Positions 48,018 through 58,644 of a stretch of 64,000 nt of DNA are shown piece after piece. Made by a program: the position numbers and the translations under genes. Numbering within the stretch: position 1 is the stretch's first letter; each line of letters opens with the position of its first letter. The notes under the pieces were generated by a model. That model searched no databases and had not been told where the DNA came from. It worked only from the letters and a program-made list of their open reading frames with translations. The DNA is from Amoebophrya sp. A120 (taxonomy: Eukaryota; Protista; Dinoflagellata), in NCBI GenBank assembly GCA_905178155.1, contig CAJINV010000001.1, positions 6,481,860-6,545,859 of the forward strand, given 5' to 3'.

Positions 48018-49160
48018 ACCACAATGATAAACACCCGAAGCCGTCGGAGTTGAAATTAATACGTAGAAATACTTCGTTCCTCTGTTGAGTAGCTGAAATA
48101 GGTTTTCTCCTAATTTTATTTCTACTCTGCCGAATGCAAGAAAGATCAGACAAAAGCAAAAGGAAAAGACATACTGGCGGTCTTCCTCTTATATGAATAC
48201 AGAAACTTCCGAAGTAGAAGGAAGATGAGAAGCGCGCAGCATGCTGGACGACAGCCCAATGTACAGTTTCTACGGAAACCTAGACTTTTCTGAACATGAG
48301 CAGTTCAATTTCAGGCTGTGTCTTACGTCACAGGAGAGCGAGGGTACGAACGGATGTGATGACGAGTGTGTGTGTGTGTGAGATCAAGTTCATGTGAGAT
48401 CAATCTGATAACTTCTCTACGCCGGTGATGTGGTGTGTAGTGAATGGATTGAACGAAAGAAAAAGTAAATGATTTCGCTCTCAAGCTGAAAAGGCAAAGC
48501 AAGAAAGCTCACGCCGCGATTTTTTACACAGGACCCCCCGTGGACGAAGTTGTTGGCTTTCATTTTGATTTTCCCACCAACAGATTTTTTGAAAGATTAC
48601 GTTCAGCTTTTTTTGGAAAGATCTGCTATTTCCGCGCACCGATCTTTCGTGCGCGACGTTCGCAGGTGCCTTCTTTAGCCGGTCGCTCGCAGCTTCCGCT
48701 TCATTGCATGCCACTGTCGATAGATCAAGTTGAAGTTTATTTTGAACTGCAAAATACCATTGCGATAAGAACAGATACAGAGTCACGATCACCATGATCT
48801 CCACAAGCAGCTTCTTTACAAGATCACTGTTTCCGATTTTCTAGTTTCTTTCTCTTTATTTTCTTTATTTGAACGTAGATGTCAATGAAAATAGAATCAC
48901 TCTCTTTCGGCGTTTTTCCATTGTTACGTCTGGGAGCATCGTGTTGATAAAAGTTCGGGCCAACTTCTAGTATTGCAAATTCTATTCTACTCAAACGAAC
49001 GATTTTTTTCGTTTGCCCGTACTAGTTGATAGTTCTCACTCGTACTCGTGTGTTGTGTTGAATACGCCAACATAACTTGTGTGTCGCTTGTCGCCGTTTT
49101 CAAAACTTCTTCGCGCTCTTCTTTTTTTTTTCTTTAGTCAGAACCCCATTGCGCACGAAA

Positions 49161-52100
49161 ATGCAAGTTCTTCGTTGGTCGTTTTTCACTGCTTCCCTTG
49201 CCGCGGTGGCACAGGAGATGGCTCACGAAGGCGATCCGGTATGTTGGGAAGACGGGATTCCACCAGAATATTGCTGCGGTGACGACTATGGAGACGCAGG
49301 TATGGTCTGCTGTGTGGTTGTATTTTCTCATCTTGTTGTACGATGTTCATCTGCAAAGTTTGACGAGTTTATAAAAAAAAGGCTGCCTCGTCATCGTGTT
49401 TCTTCGGTTTCTTTCGATATGGAAGGAAGGTATTGGCGGGTATTCGTATTTCTTTTTCTTCCTTCAGGTACACCGTCCTGCTGGGTAATGGGTTTCCGGT
49501 ACACGCGGTGCTGCGGCGTGAAGAAGAAGAAGGCATACACCCCGAGCGCGCGGCGCAGCATCAAGCTGTCCAACCCGTGCGACTACATCGTGGTCGGCGC
49601 GGGCTCCGGGGGCGCCACCGTGGCCTCGCGGCTGGAAACCGCGTACCGGGTTTGCCTGGTCGAGCAGAACAACGAGCCAGACAAGTACTGGAGCGAGGGC
49701 CACCCGGTGGGCCCGAAGGAGAAGGACTGGCAGTACAAGTTCGGGCGCGGCGTCGGCGGCAGCACGCTGATCAACAGCGGTGTGTACACGCGCGGGAATT
49801 TGGAGGACTACGCGGAGTGGGGCGGCGAGGAGTACTGGGGCGTGAACCGCACACTGGAGCTGTTCAAGACGCTGGAGCACCCGGCCAGCATCCCTGGCTA
49901 CGAGGTGGACTACGACTACCACCCGTACCGGAAAAACCCCGCGGAAAAGCCGGCACACGCGACACTGGTCTCCTCGGAGAGGCACGAACTGCCGCCGATC
50001 TTCCGGGCGATCGCGGACGCGTGGGAGGAAAACGGCCTGGGCAAGTACCGCGTGGACCCGCACAGCTCGACCGAGATGACGGGGCTCGGCGGCGTGTGGC
50101 GGTGGATGGGCTGCGGCGACGACATGGACGCGGCCTGCACGCCGCAGCGGGTCTCCCGGTGGCGGTACGTGGGCCACGAGCGCAACCATGAGAGCGTGGA
50201 CGTCACACTGACCAAGTATCGTTTTGAAAATTTACCATCTACTCCACCATCCAATAATTTCAATTTGCTGTCATGCGCAACATGTACGTACGGTAACGTA
50301 AGTTCTGTGTTAGTCATGCAAATGGTGGATGAGAATGCGGATGGATGCTAAATTTTCAGACAATACGAAGCCGAAGCTCTACATCGGAAAAGTGACGAAG
50401 GTCCTGATTCAGGACAACGTCGCGCGCGGGGTCGAGTTCATCGACGACCGCGGGCAGAAGCTGCAGCTTATGGCCAAGCGCGAGGTCATTCTGGCTGCCG
50501 GCGTGGCGTACACGTATCAAACAAAAAAGTGTTAACGTTAACGGTTTTCACAAATAGCAGTCACGCATTACAAATTTTGCCTTCCATGCATGCTGCGCAA
50601 TACAAATTTGGGCACTTTTTCTGATGCGTTACTGCATTACAAATTCCGTTAACGTTAACACTTTTTCTTGTGATAACACGCCCAAGATTTTGATGCTCAG
50701 CGGCGTCGGGGACCCGCTCGAGCTGTCGGCGCTGGGGGTCGAGGTGGTCCAGGAGGCGCCGCACGTGGGCCTGCACCTGCAGGACCATTATGGGTTCTCT
50801 TCCACCGTAGAAACGAATCTGAAGTGTCCGAAGGACGCGCACCGCGATGAGCACGGGGTTCCGCGGGGGGGCACGCACCTGGGCTTTTTGAACGACTTTC
50901 TGGCCCAGTTTTACGGGTTCTACAAGCTGCCCGACACCAACGTCTTCTTCGAGATGTTCCTCATCGAGGGCTGCCAGGAGGAAAAATACACGCTCACGTT
51001 CACCGTGCTGTTACTCTCCCCCTCCAACGAAGGACGAATCGTGCTCGACTCCGCGGACCCGGAGGAAAAACCGCGGCTGGCTATCTACCCTCACGTCCAC
51101 GAAGAGGACCTAAACTATCTAAACTACGTATGCCATGAAGAAAGGAGTATGCTTGTCCTGTGAGTTTATTGCTTAGACGCTTAAGAAAAAATGCATGATC
51201 GATGAACGACCTCAAGTTACAAGGAAGAGGAAGCTCATACATGTGTTACGTCCTTTGCTTGTATCATCATCTGCACGATTGGCACCACGGAGATGTTGCG
51301 CACTTTCGCTTCCTCAATGTTAATGCTTCTGCTAGAAAAAGAAAGTAGAGCGGGCAAGCAGAGTTCGTTTTTTTCTTTGGCATACTGTGCTTTGCGCATC
51401 TTGTACGTGAAAATATTCCCCGCGTTGCGCCAGTGGGACGCCCGTATTAGCCCCGACGTGAGTGTGATGTCAGACGAGACAAAGGCCAAAGCGTAAGCTT
51501 TCTTTCTCACCTTTTCACTGAGACGACGCACTGAGTTTGTAAGTGTGTACGAATGAAGACCACGAAGAGCTCCAGTACTTAACTTGAAAACATTGAATCT
51601 CAAACACACTCGCACCCACAGGTGGATCAAGGAGAATCTGTACTATTATTCGCACCCAACCGGCACGGTGAAACTGCACGCCCAGGATCCTGATGGCAGC
51701 GTGCTGAACCCGGATCTGACCGTGAAGGGCGTGCAGAACCTGCGCGTCTGCGACGCGTCGGTGTTTGGAAAAGCGCCGATCGGGCATTCCGACGGTCCCA
51801 CGCGGATGATCGGGGCCAATTGCGCGAAAATCATCATGGACAAAGACAGAGCAAACATGCCGGTCATCGGGTACTTATCGCGTTTTTCTCGTAGCTGCTG
51901 CTGCGTCGGACGTTTTTGCTGGCACACCGGCTGCACTTTGATAGCCAACTACGCAGTCAAATTTCTCTGCAGATACGAGTAGAAAGAGAGACACAGCCCC
52001 GTACTACACTTCTTGTTCTTACATAAATTTTCACTAAATAAACCCAGGTATGGTACGAACAACGAGCTGAAAGCTTTTCACATTTCGTATTTCCTCACTG

Positions 52101-52906
52101 CTGGCGGGCGGCTGATCGACACCGCGATTACCTATAACAACCAGGAGATCGTCGCCGCCGGGATCGGTCAGAGCAAAGTACCGAGAGAAGAAGTTTTTCT
52201 GGTGACCAAGGTCGGCCCGGACATGTTTGACGACACCTACCAGGCCATTAAGGACGACCTCGCGAAGTGGAAGGGCAAAACCAAGCACGGCGACATTGCG
52301 CGCGTGACCTATTTCGACCTCGTCCTCCTGCACTGGCCCAACCTGTACTCGACCGACCTGAAGGCCCCTAAGTGCGCGTCGGAGCCGGAGGGGTGGGTGG
52401 GGTGCCGCAAGCTGGCGTGGCAGGGGCTGGAGAAGTTGGTGGCCGAGGGGATCACGCGCTTCATCGGCGTGTCCAACTTTGACGTGAAGCACCTGGAACC
52501 GTTGCTGGACTGGGACCAGCGGAAGTACCCGATCTACGCGAACCAAATCGAGTTCGGCATGTTCCGGACCCACGCTTGGGACACGGTCAAGACCTACTGC
52601 GACCAGAAGGGGATCCGGGTTATGGCCTACGGCGTCATCGGCGGCTTAAAACGAGAAATGCTGATCGACCACGACCTCGTCAAGGCCGCAGCAGAGAACC
52701 GCACCGCAGAAAGCGCCATGTTCCAGTGGGCGTTAAATGAGGGCGTCACGGTGCTCCAGGGCAGCAAGAAGAAAAAGCACATGGATCAGTTCCTGGCACT
52801 GGCACCCACCCAAGAGAAGGTGATAAAAACTGACATTCCAATGGACGAGCGGACCAAGTGCTACGAACCCGACGTATCAACGAAAAAATCTTCTGCATCA
52901 CTGTGA
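49161..52906 (+). CDS. Signal peptide + Cys-rich module + GMC oxidoreductase + aldo-keto reductase fusion, ~896 aa; exons 49161-49299, 49468-50216, 50371-50514, 50681-51128, 51390-51492, 51622-51870, 52048-52906
   Basis: GMC motifs [24 protein letters not shown], spliced AAGVAYT|[23 protein letters not shown] and LRVCDAS. AKR motifs spliced MPVIG|YGT, IDTA..Y, VTKV, LLHWP, IGVSNF and NQIE. The exon sum of 2691 nt is a multiple of 3. Confidence 0.88.
50217..50365. mobile_element. Introner-type non-canonical intron in the GMC-AKR gene
   Basis: IR tatcgttttgaaaattt vs aaattttcagacaata, direct repeat CCAAG/CGAAG. Removal of 154 nt gives LTK|PKLYIGKV in the required frame. Confidence 0.8.
50515..50675. 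mobile_element. Introner-type non-canonical intron in the GMC-AKR gene
   Basis: 30-bp IR tatcaaacaaaaaagtgttaacgttaacgg, perfect TSD ACACG. Removal of 166 nt rebuilds the GMC motif AG..xTPxILMLSG. Confidence 0.93.
51129..51384. mobile_element. Introner-type non-canonical intron (degenerate) in the GMC-AKR gene
   Basis: IR tatgccatgaagaaa vs ttttctttggcata, direct repeat CTACG/CTGTG (2 mismatches). Removal of 261 nt is in frame. Confidence 0.7.
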
Positions 52907-54391
52907 CCCTGCACAAAACAGACACGTTGGTTGTGCATTTGTATCGATGTGAAAGAATGTTGTCCAAGAAGAGCAAGATGTGCCATGTTTTGTTAAGCTG
53001 TACTTCTACTTTTTTGCATTGCAACGCCTGATATAATTTGTCATGCTACACTGCTCGACGAAAGAATGCGACCGCGAGCGTCACAGGGATACAGTTTTTT
53101 TCATGCGATAACGGGCCGTAAACTACGAATGAGACCGGTCGTCTCAGCATAACTTTGACGTCCAGCTTTCATCGTGCTGGTCTCATCTTCATCTCATTTC
53201 TTCTTCTTGTTTTCACACACAGAAGTCAGCGGGCCACATCATGCCAAAGCTTTGCATTCCAACGTGGCAAGAACAAATTTTCGCGATTATGTCAGTATGA
53301 TTTGAGAAACGCCGTAGGATAACGCGTTTGCTATTTTCCTCGCCCATGCATTTGATGGCGATCTTCCCACGTTCTTGATCATTGATTGGTAGAGATTGTC
53401 ACCCTAAAACTGAACGACCACAATATACAAAAATTACAGCAAGCTGTAGCTGTCAAAACAAGGTTTATCCGCGAGAATACAGAATGTTGAGAATCTGTTT
53501 GGCATGCCAGCGCTTCAGCGTCGAAATAAGAATGGAGCAGCAGCATTGCCGTGATAGAAAGGAGTACTATCAATTGCAACTAACATACCAACACTCACCC
53601 ACGCAGTGATGGGGAGGGGGAACTGTGTGACGTTGCGTTCGATATCAATTTTATGTATCATTGTTAATGTTGCAGATGATGGGAGCGCTTTGTTCTTCGC
53701 TCTCCAGCAGCACCAGGAGCTTAGCCGCGTCGATACAGTGAGTATACGAGAGGAAAAAATAGTGGGTCTTGATGAGCGAAATGTCAGAGTACTTGATATG
53801 GAGAGCGGTTCTGTACTAGTCGGAGCTCTTTTGAGATACATGTTGAAAGATAAGTATCGGCTCTTTAGATTCATAGATATCCAAAAGGGCAAGGTACTAC
53901 CTTCGTGTCTTTTCGATCTTGGTTTCTGAGTCTTATCGGCGAGCGAATCGTCATTAGGAAAGCCGGCCAAGAATGTAGCGTCGTATTCGTCGTTTCGTTT
54001 TGCTCATGACGGGCCAAGCATCTTTTATTTACATGACAAATCGCCGAGGACGAGAGAGACACGAGATAAAACTTCTCTTGCCTGTTCATGAATTAGCGGT
54101 TCATCTTCTGTGGCTCGATCAAGTCGTTTGAGTACCTCGTCGTATTTCAACTTGTCTGCGTTTTGGCATTGTTTGACCATAACAGAAGCTAGACCGAGCA
54201 GATCATGGATGTGTGAAAGCTTACTTAAACCTAAAAGCTGCGCATGTTGCGCAGATGAAGATGATTGAGAAAGCATATCCTGGTATCGCTGATCTCGACC
54301 CACCGCTACGCGGCCGGTAGAAGGTTTCTACAAATTAAAGATTTTCTTCTGGGGCGTTCGTGACTGTGAATCAATTCTGAAGACGAACAAG

Positions 54392-56473
54392 ATGCGGGAA
54401 CACCACGAGCAGGAAGTTTCCGAGGTCGAGACGGCGACGCGGGGAAGCAGAAAGGAGGAGTTTGCCGGGTGCAAACCGGGGAACGGTAAATTTCTGACCG
54501 ACTGCCTGCCAAAGATCGCCGCGTACTGGGGCAACGAAAATAACACGTTTGTGCAGCTCTTGTGCAATGGTCAACGGTCAGAGGAAGGAAGCCGATTATC
54601 GCGCGATGAAGAGACCGAAGAACTAAAGCAAAGGATGAAGGAAGAGGGAAGCTGGTTTAAGGGATTGCGGAAGAAGTATAGCAGCTCAAATGCGTGCCTA
54701 TGTTGTGCGAAAGTATTATCGTACTGCTTCTGGTTGCTGTAACGCTAACGCATGACCACTTTGACGGCTTATCATTGTGCATTTTGACAGTATTAGCTTT
54801 AGCATTTCAGTATAGTGTTCCTCTTCGTCTTTCTTAGCAAGTCAGTGCAAGGAAGAGAGAAGTGAAAAGTGTCCAAGGGTGAGCATCTACGCGCGATGTT
54901 TTTCGCCGTTCTGACCCTAGATTTCTGCGTCCGACGCTGCTTGCGATGGCGGTCGACGTGCAAGGGTTTTTAATGTGAGTGACCCAGTCGTGTATGGATG
55001 AGACGAAAAACTTGATTTCTGATTCTGATTCTATTGATGCTGGAATGAAGAATAAACTTACAGTTCTTATGTTTATGCATTACTAGTGCTAAGTGCGCGA
55101 ATGCTTTTGCAATGCATAGTGCCAGCACAAGGAATATTGGGTGGAGGCCGAGACTCAGCAGGATTCCAAGCGTCTAGGAAACAACATACTCTGGTCCGCG
55201 GAGGGCGGGCTACCCCAGTTTATCAACGTCGTCCAGACCGAGTATGGCGCTTTCTTGCGCGAAGGCGTCACCGCCAGTGGTAGCAGTTTCAAGTGGGGGG
55301 GCGGCGACGCTGTTGGTGACGATGACGATGCAGCAGCGTCCTCCTCGTTCCTGCAGCTATGCATCGCAAATATGTCTGGATCAGGAAGACAGCAAGATTT
55401 GCCATGCTTGTCTGACATGACTCGAGAATCTGTCATGCGTTCTTGGAGGTTCAAAAAGATCATCTTCTTATCTGTGAATGTGATGCAAAAGCTATAGTCA
55501 GTCTGCCAAGGCAAGCGAAATACGCAAGACAAAGCAGCTCAAAAGATAAAGATTGTCACGCTTGGCCACGTAATTATATTACAGTGCGCCCAATTTTCTT
55601 GCCCGGTTTGCGTTACAAGTTTTCAGACCCAGACGTATTTGCACTGCTGGATAGCAGCAGCTGGAGAGCGGGAACGACCTCGACCTGTACGCTGCTTCTC
55701 GGCAGGCCCTGTTGCTCGGGACGACCGTCGACGACCTCACCGCGACCCGGGACGCGGCGACGGCGGAAACCACTTGGGAGAGCTGCAACAATCAGGACCT
55801 GCGCATGGCGTTCGGCGTCCCCGACTTCTTCGGAACGGGCTCCGATTTGAAGATTTGGGTAATCGCGCCAATGGGCAAGGCCGACTACAAAGGAGAAGGG
55901 AGCAACGCGGTCGTGATGTCCTGCGACCGGACGACAGAGTACTACTTCTACCGCACGGACGTGCCCAAAGAAAAGCTGCGCGACGGATACGACGAGTCAC
56001 GATTCCGGGACGGCCTCGCCAGGGCGAATTTGCGAAGCGGCTGGTACAACACGAACACGCTCGGGCATCTCACCATTAAAGAGAGTCACGCCGACGGAGG
56101 ACGCCGTCGCGATGTCGGGGACGCTAGCGAAGAATACCACGTGTATTCCTTCGACGAGAACGCAAAAAAAGAAACAACTGTCCGTGGCAAAACGATCGAC
56201 CTGCACGCTGGGTACCTGAAAGTCGAGAATGATTTTTGGGAGGAAATCTGGCTCGACCCGAATAAGCTCGGTAAACAGCAGCGCACCATGCTCGGGGACC
56301 TGAAGTTAATCTTCCAGGATGAAAAGAGTTCGGGCATAAAATACACAATCGGAGATGATGAAGGAAAGAAACATAAACAATCTTCCAAGAAAAAGAAAAA
56401 TAAAATAGAGTCAGATTGGTCTTCTACTTCCAGTTCCGCCAGCGCATCCGCATTCTTGCAGGTATCTTTCTAG
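54392..56473 (+). CDS. Hypothetical protein split by two introners; exons ~54392-54698, 55124-55357, 55659-56473 (5' end uncertain, frame open from about 54293)
   Basis: Three ORFs in successive frames become one after removing 425 nt and 301 nt (SSNAC|QHKEYW; SSFLQ|QLESG). GC3-rich codon usage in the last exon. Confidence 0.7.
54699..55118. mobile_element. Introner-type intron, TATG..CATA
   Basis: Perfect TSD GTGCC. Imperfect IR tatgttgtgcgaaagtatt vs aatgcttttgcaatgcata. The right end is shared with the 47426 element. An alternative GC-AG register (54692-55119) is also frame-compatible. Confidence 0.78.
55358..55653. mobile_element. Introner-type non-canonical intron, same family as 47426-47687
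   Basis: Left end tatgcatcgcaaatatgtctgga and right end cagacccagacgtatttgca are homologous to the 47426 element. Perfect TSD GCAGC. Removal restores the frame. Confidence 0.88.
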
Positions 56474-56751
56474 TAACAACTTCTACTCGGTGTCATTGTC
56501 CTCGCCGCTCTGCAAGTGCAAGGTCGGTCCTCCGGACCTTGTGCCTACTGAAGCCGTGTCTCTGTGATTGACGTGCTAACAAATTTAACGAACATGATGA
56601 GTCAATGAACAAGTTAGAGAGTCGCGAAAATTGTAGAAATAAAAGGCGCAAGCGCAGCGTCATTCTTTTGGTCGCCGTCATTGAAGATGCCTAGTGTAAA
56701 AATTGACTTCTTTTTTAGAATTGAACCGACTGGACCTGCCAGGAATCGTCT

Positions 56752-57639
56752 TTGCGGGAGCCAGTACCATCTGGTGCGACGTTCTCGCAAGAAGGAAGCC
56801 GTTCGGCACACGAGCTGCAACAGGGTAATATCAACCAGGAGAATAATTCGGGGCTGATTCTTAAACAGAAAAAGTCGACTGTCCGGACGTCTCTGCGTGG
56901 CGCAAGCAAGCAAGCGGTCGAGATCTCCACGTCCTCCGACACTGCCTTTTCTGCTCTCGACGACTTAGCAGCGTCGAGCACTGGTGGTGCAAGTGGCACT
57001 CGTGACCGACAAGAACCCTCCTTTTTCTCGTCTTTTGCACCAGAACGCGGCGGATCCGCGGACGTGAGTGGCGATCAAGATCAACCATCCTCGTTTCTCG
57101 AGAGCATTGGAGTGCAGCAGTACTACGCAGGAGCTCCCGAAGCCGATGCAAGCGAGACAGCGAAACGAACATCCACCGAAGAAACGCGTGTGAAGATGCA
57201 CGGACTTCTACCGACCAGCAGCCTCTTGTCGACCACCTCGTCCGCGGAGGAATGGCTTCCCGCGCTCGCATTTCTCCTGATTCTGCCTTTTGCCATGCGG
57301 CTCGTCGTGTACCGTCTCTACATACGCATGAGGGAACGTGGCGCGGAGGAAAAAGGAGACACCGAGCAGTCAGCGCTGAGCACCACGACAAGCACAAACA
57401 CTAATCCAGCGGGTAGTACCGGCTTTGCGAATGAACTACCCGATCTGGAGCTGGACAACAACGAAGCAGAAAGTCAAGAACACAACGTCGACAACCCGCT
57501 TGTTACTTGCTCTCCACCCGCCGGTCATGAAATTATGCAGACGTCATCCCTTGTGGCCTCCAGCTCCACCGAAAATAAATGCTGCGAAGAGAACCAGGAA
57601 TTACAGGGGGAACTCGCTGCGATTGAGAGCATCATCTAG
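56752..57639 (+). CDS. Hypothetical single-pass membrane protein, S/T-rich; true start not resolved
   Basis: 295-codon stop-free frame with TM WLPALAFLLILPFAMRLVVY. No ATG at the 5' end, so an upstream exon is likely. Confidence 0.5.
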   Translation: MREPVPSGATFSQEGSRSAHELQQGNINQENNSGLILKQKKSTVRTSLRGASKQAVEISTSSDTAFSALDDLAASSTGGASGTRDRQEPSFFSSFAPERGGSADVSGDQDQPSSFLESIGVQQYYAGAPEADASETAKRTSTEETRVKMHGLLPTSSLLSTTSSAEEWLPALAFLLILPFAMRLVVYRLYIRMRERGAEEKGDTEQSALSTTTSTNTNPAGSTGFANELPDLELDNNEAESQEHNVDNPLVTCSPPAGHEIMQTSSLVASSSTENKCCEENQELQGELAAIESII

Positions 57640-57662
57640 TTGTCGAAGAAAATCATTTTCGA

Positions 57663-57734
57663 CACACGACAGAATACAGTCTCCACAAAGCTTGTCGCAC
57701 ACACGACAGAATACAGTCTCCAAGCTTGTCGCAC
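57663..57734. repeat. Local tandem duplication (about 35-38 bp x2) in the 3' flank
   Basis: cacacgacagaatacagtctcca(caa)agcttgtcgca occurs twice head-to-tail. Confidence 0.85.
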
Positions 57735-58644
57735 AAGAAAGACGTGTTACGCAGCCAAGCAAAACCAAGTTTCTTCAAAGTAATTTCAAACTCAAAATGA
57801 AACTCAGTCCTCAGTGAACAGATTGATATGATATTTATCGGTGAAAAGTCAAGAACTTCCGACCCACCTCTGCACCTGCAGCTTATTATTGATATATAGG
57901 AGGCCGACTACGACTACCTTCACTGTGTTAGTTTGTACCCAGCGCGTTCCCACTGGTTTACGTGTATCACCTCAGTTAACGTCTGCCCCGAAGTAGAGAA
58001 ACAATCAACAGATGAAATTAAGTAAACGAATTTGTATGTATCGTATAGTGAATGCATCTAGCGCAATTAGAAAAGTCAAAATCCAAACTTTACAATGTAT
58101 ACATTTCGACTTGAGATTGAAGAATTTGAATTGCGCGGGCTTTTTAACAAACGCGAATCACGCCCTCGCTGCCTTCGGACGTCCTGTTGTCAACCTTGTT
58201 CTTCATGCACTGCTCTGGTCTTCCCATGCAAGAGCGAGATTCATTTTCAACTATCTACGGGAAGCAGAGGCTCGCTTCTTCTTAAAAGTGGTGGGCACAG
58301 CCACAGGGAGAGGGACAGGAGTAGGACTCATGCGACAAAGAGGGAGCCAGCGCTTGACGAATCGAGCGTAACAAGACAAAGACTTGAGGGATTGTGTGAA
58401 GCCAAGGCATCATGTCATCTTCTTGGTCTTGCCTTGATCTTGTACTTCTACTTGTACGGGCATTTCTAATATTTTGCGAGAAGCGACAAACCTTGAATTG
58501 ATGCCGCTTGTCGCGCCCTTGTCAGTGGGATTATTTGCTATTTCGGATGATGCCAAGGATACGGACGAGAAAGTAAAAGAGATACTAGCACATTCTAGTG
58601 GTATACTTAGTTTTCCTTGGAAGATCTACTAAGCGGTATTGAAG

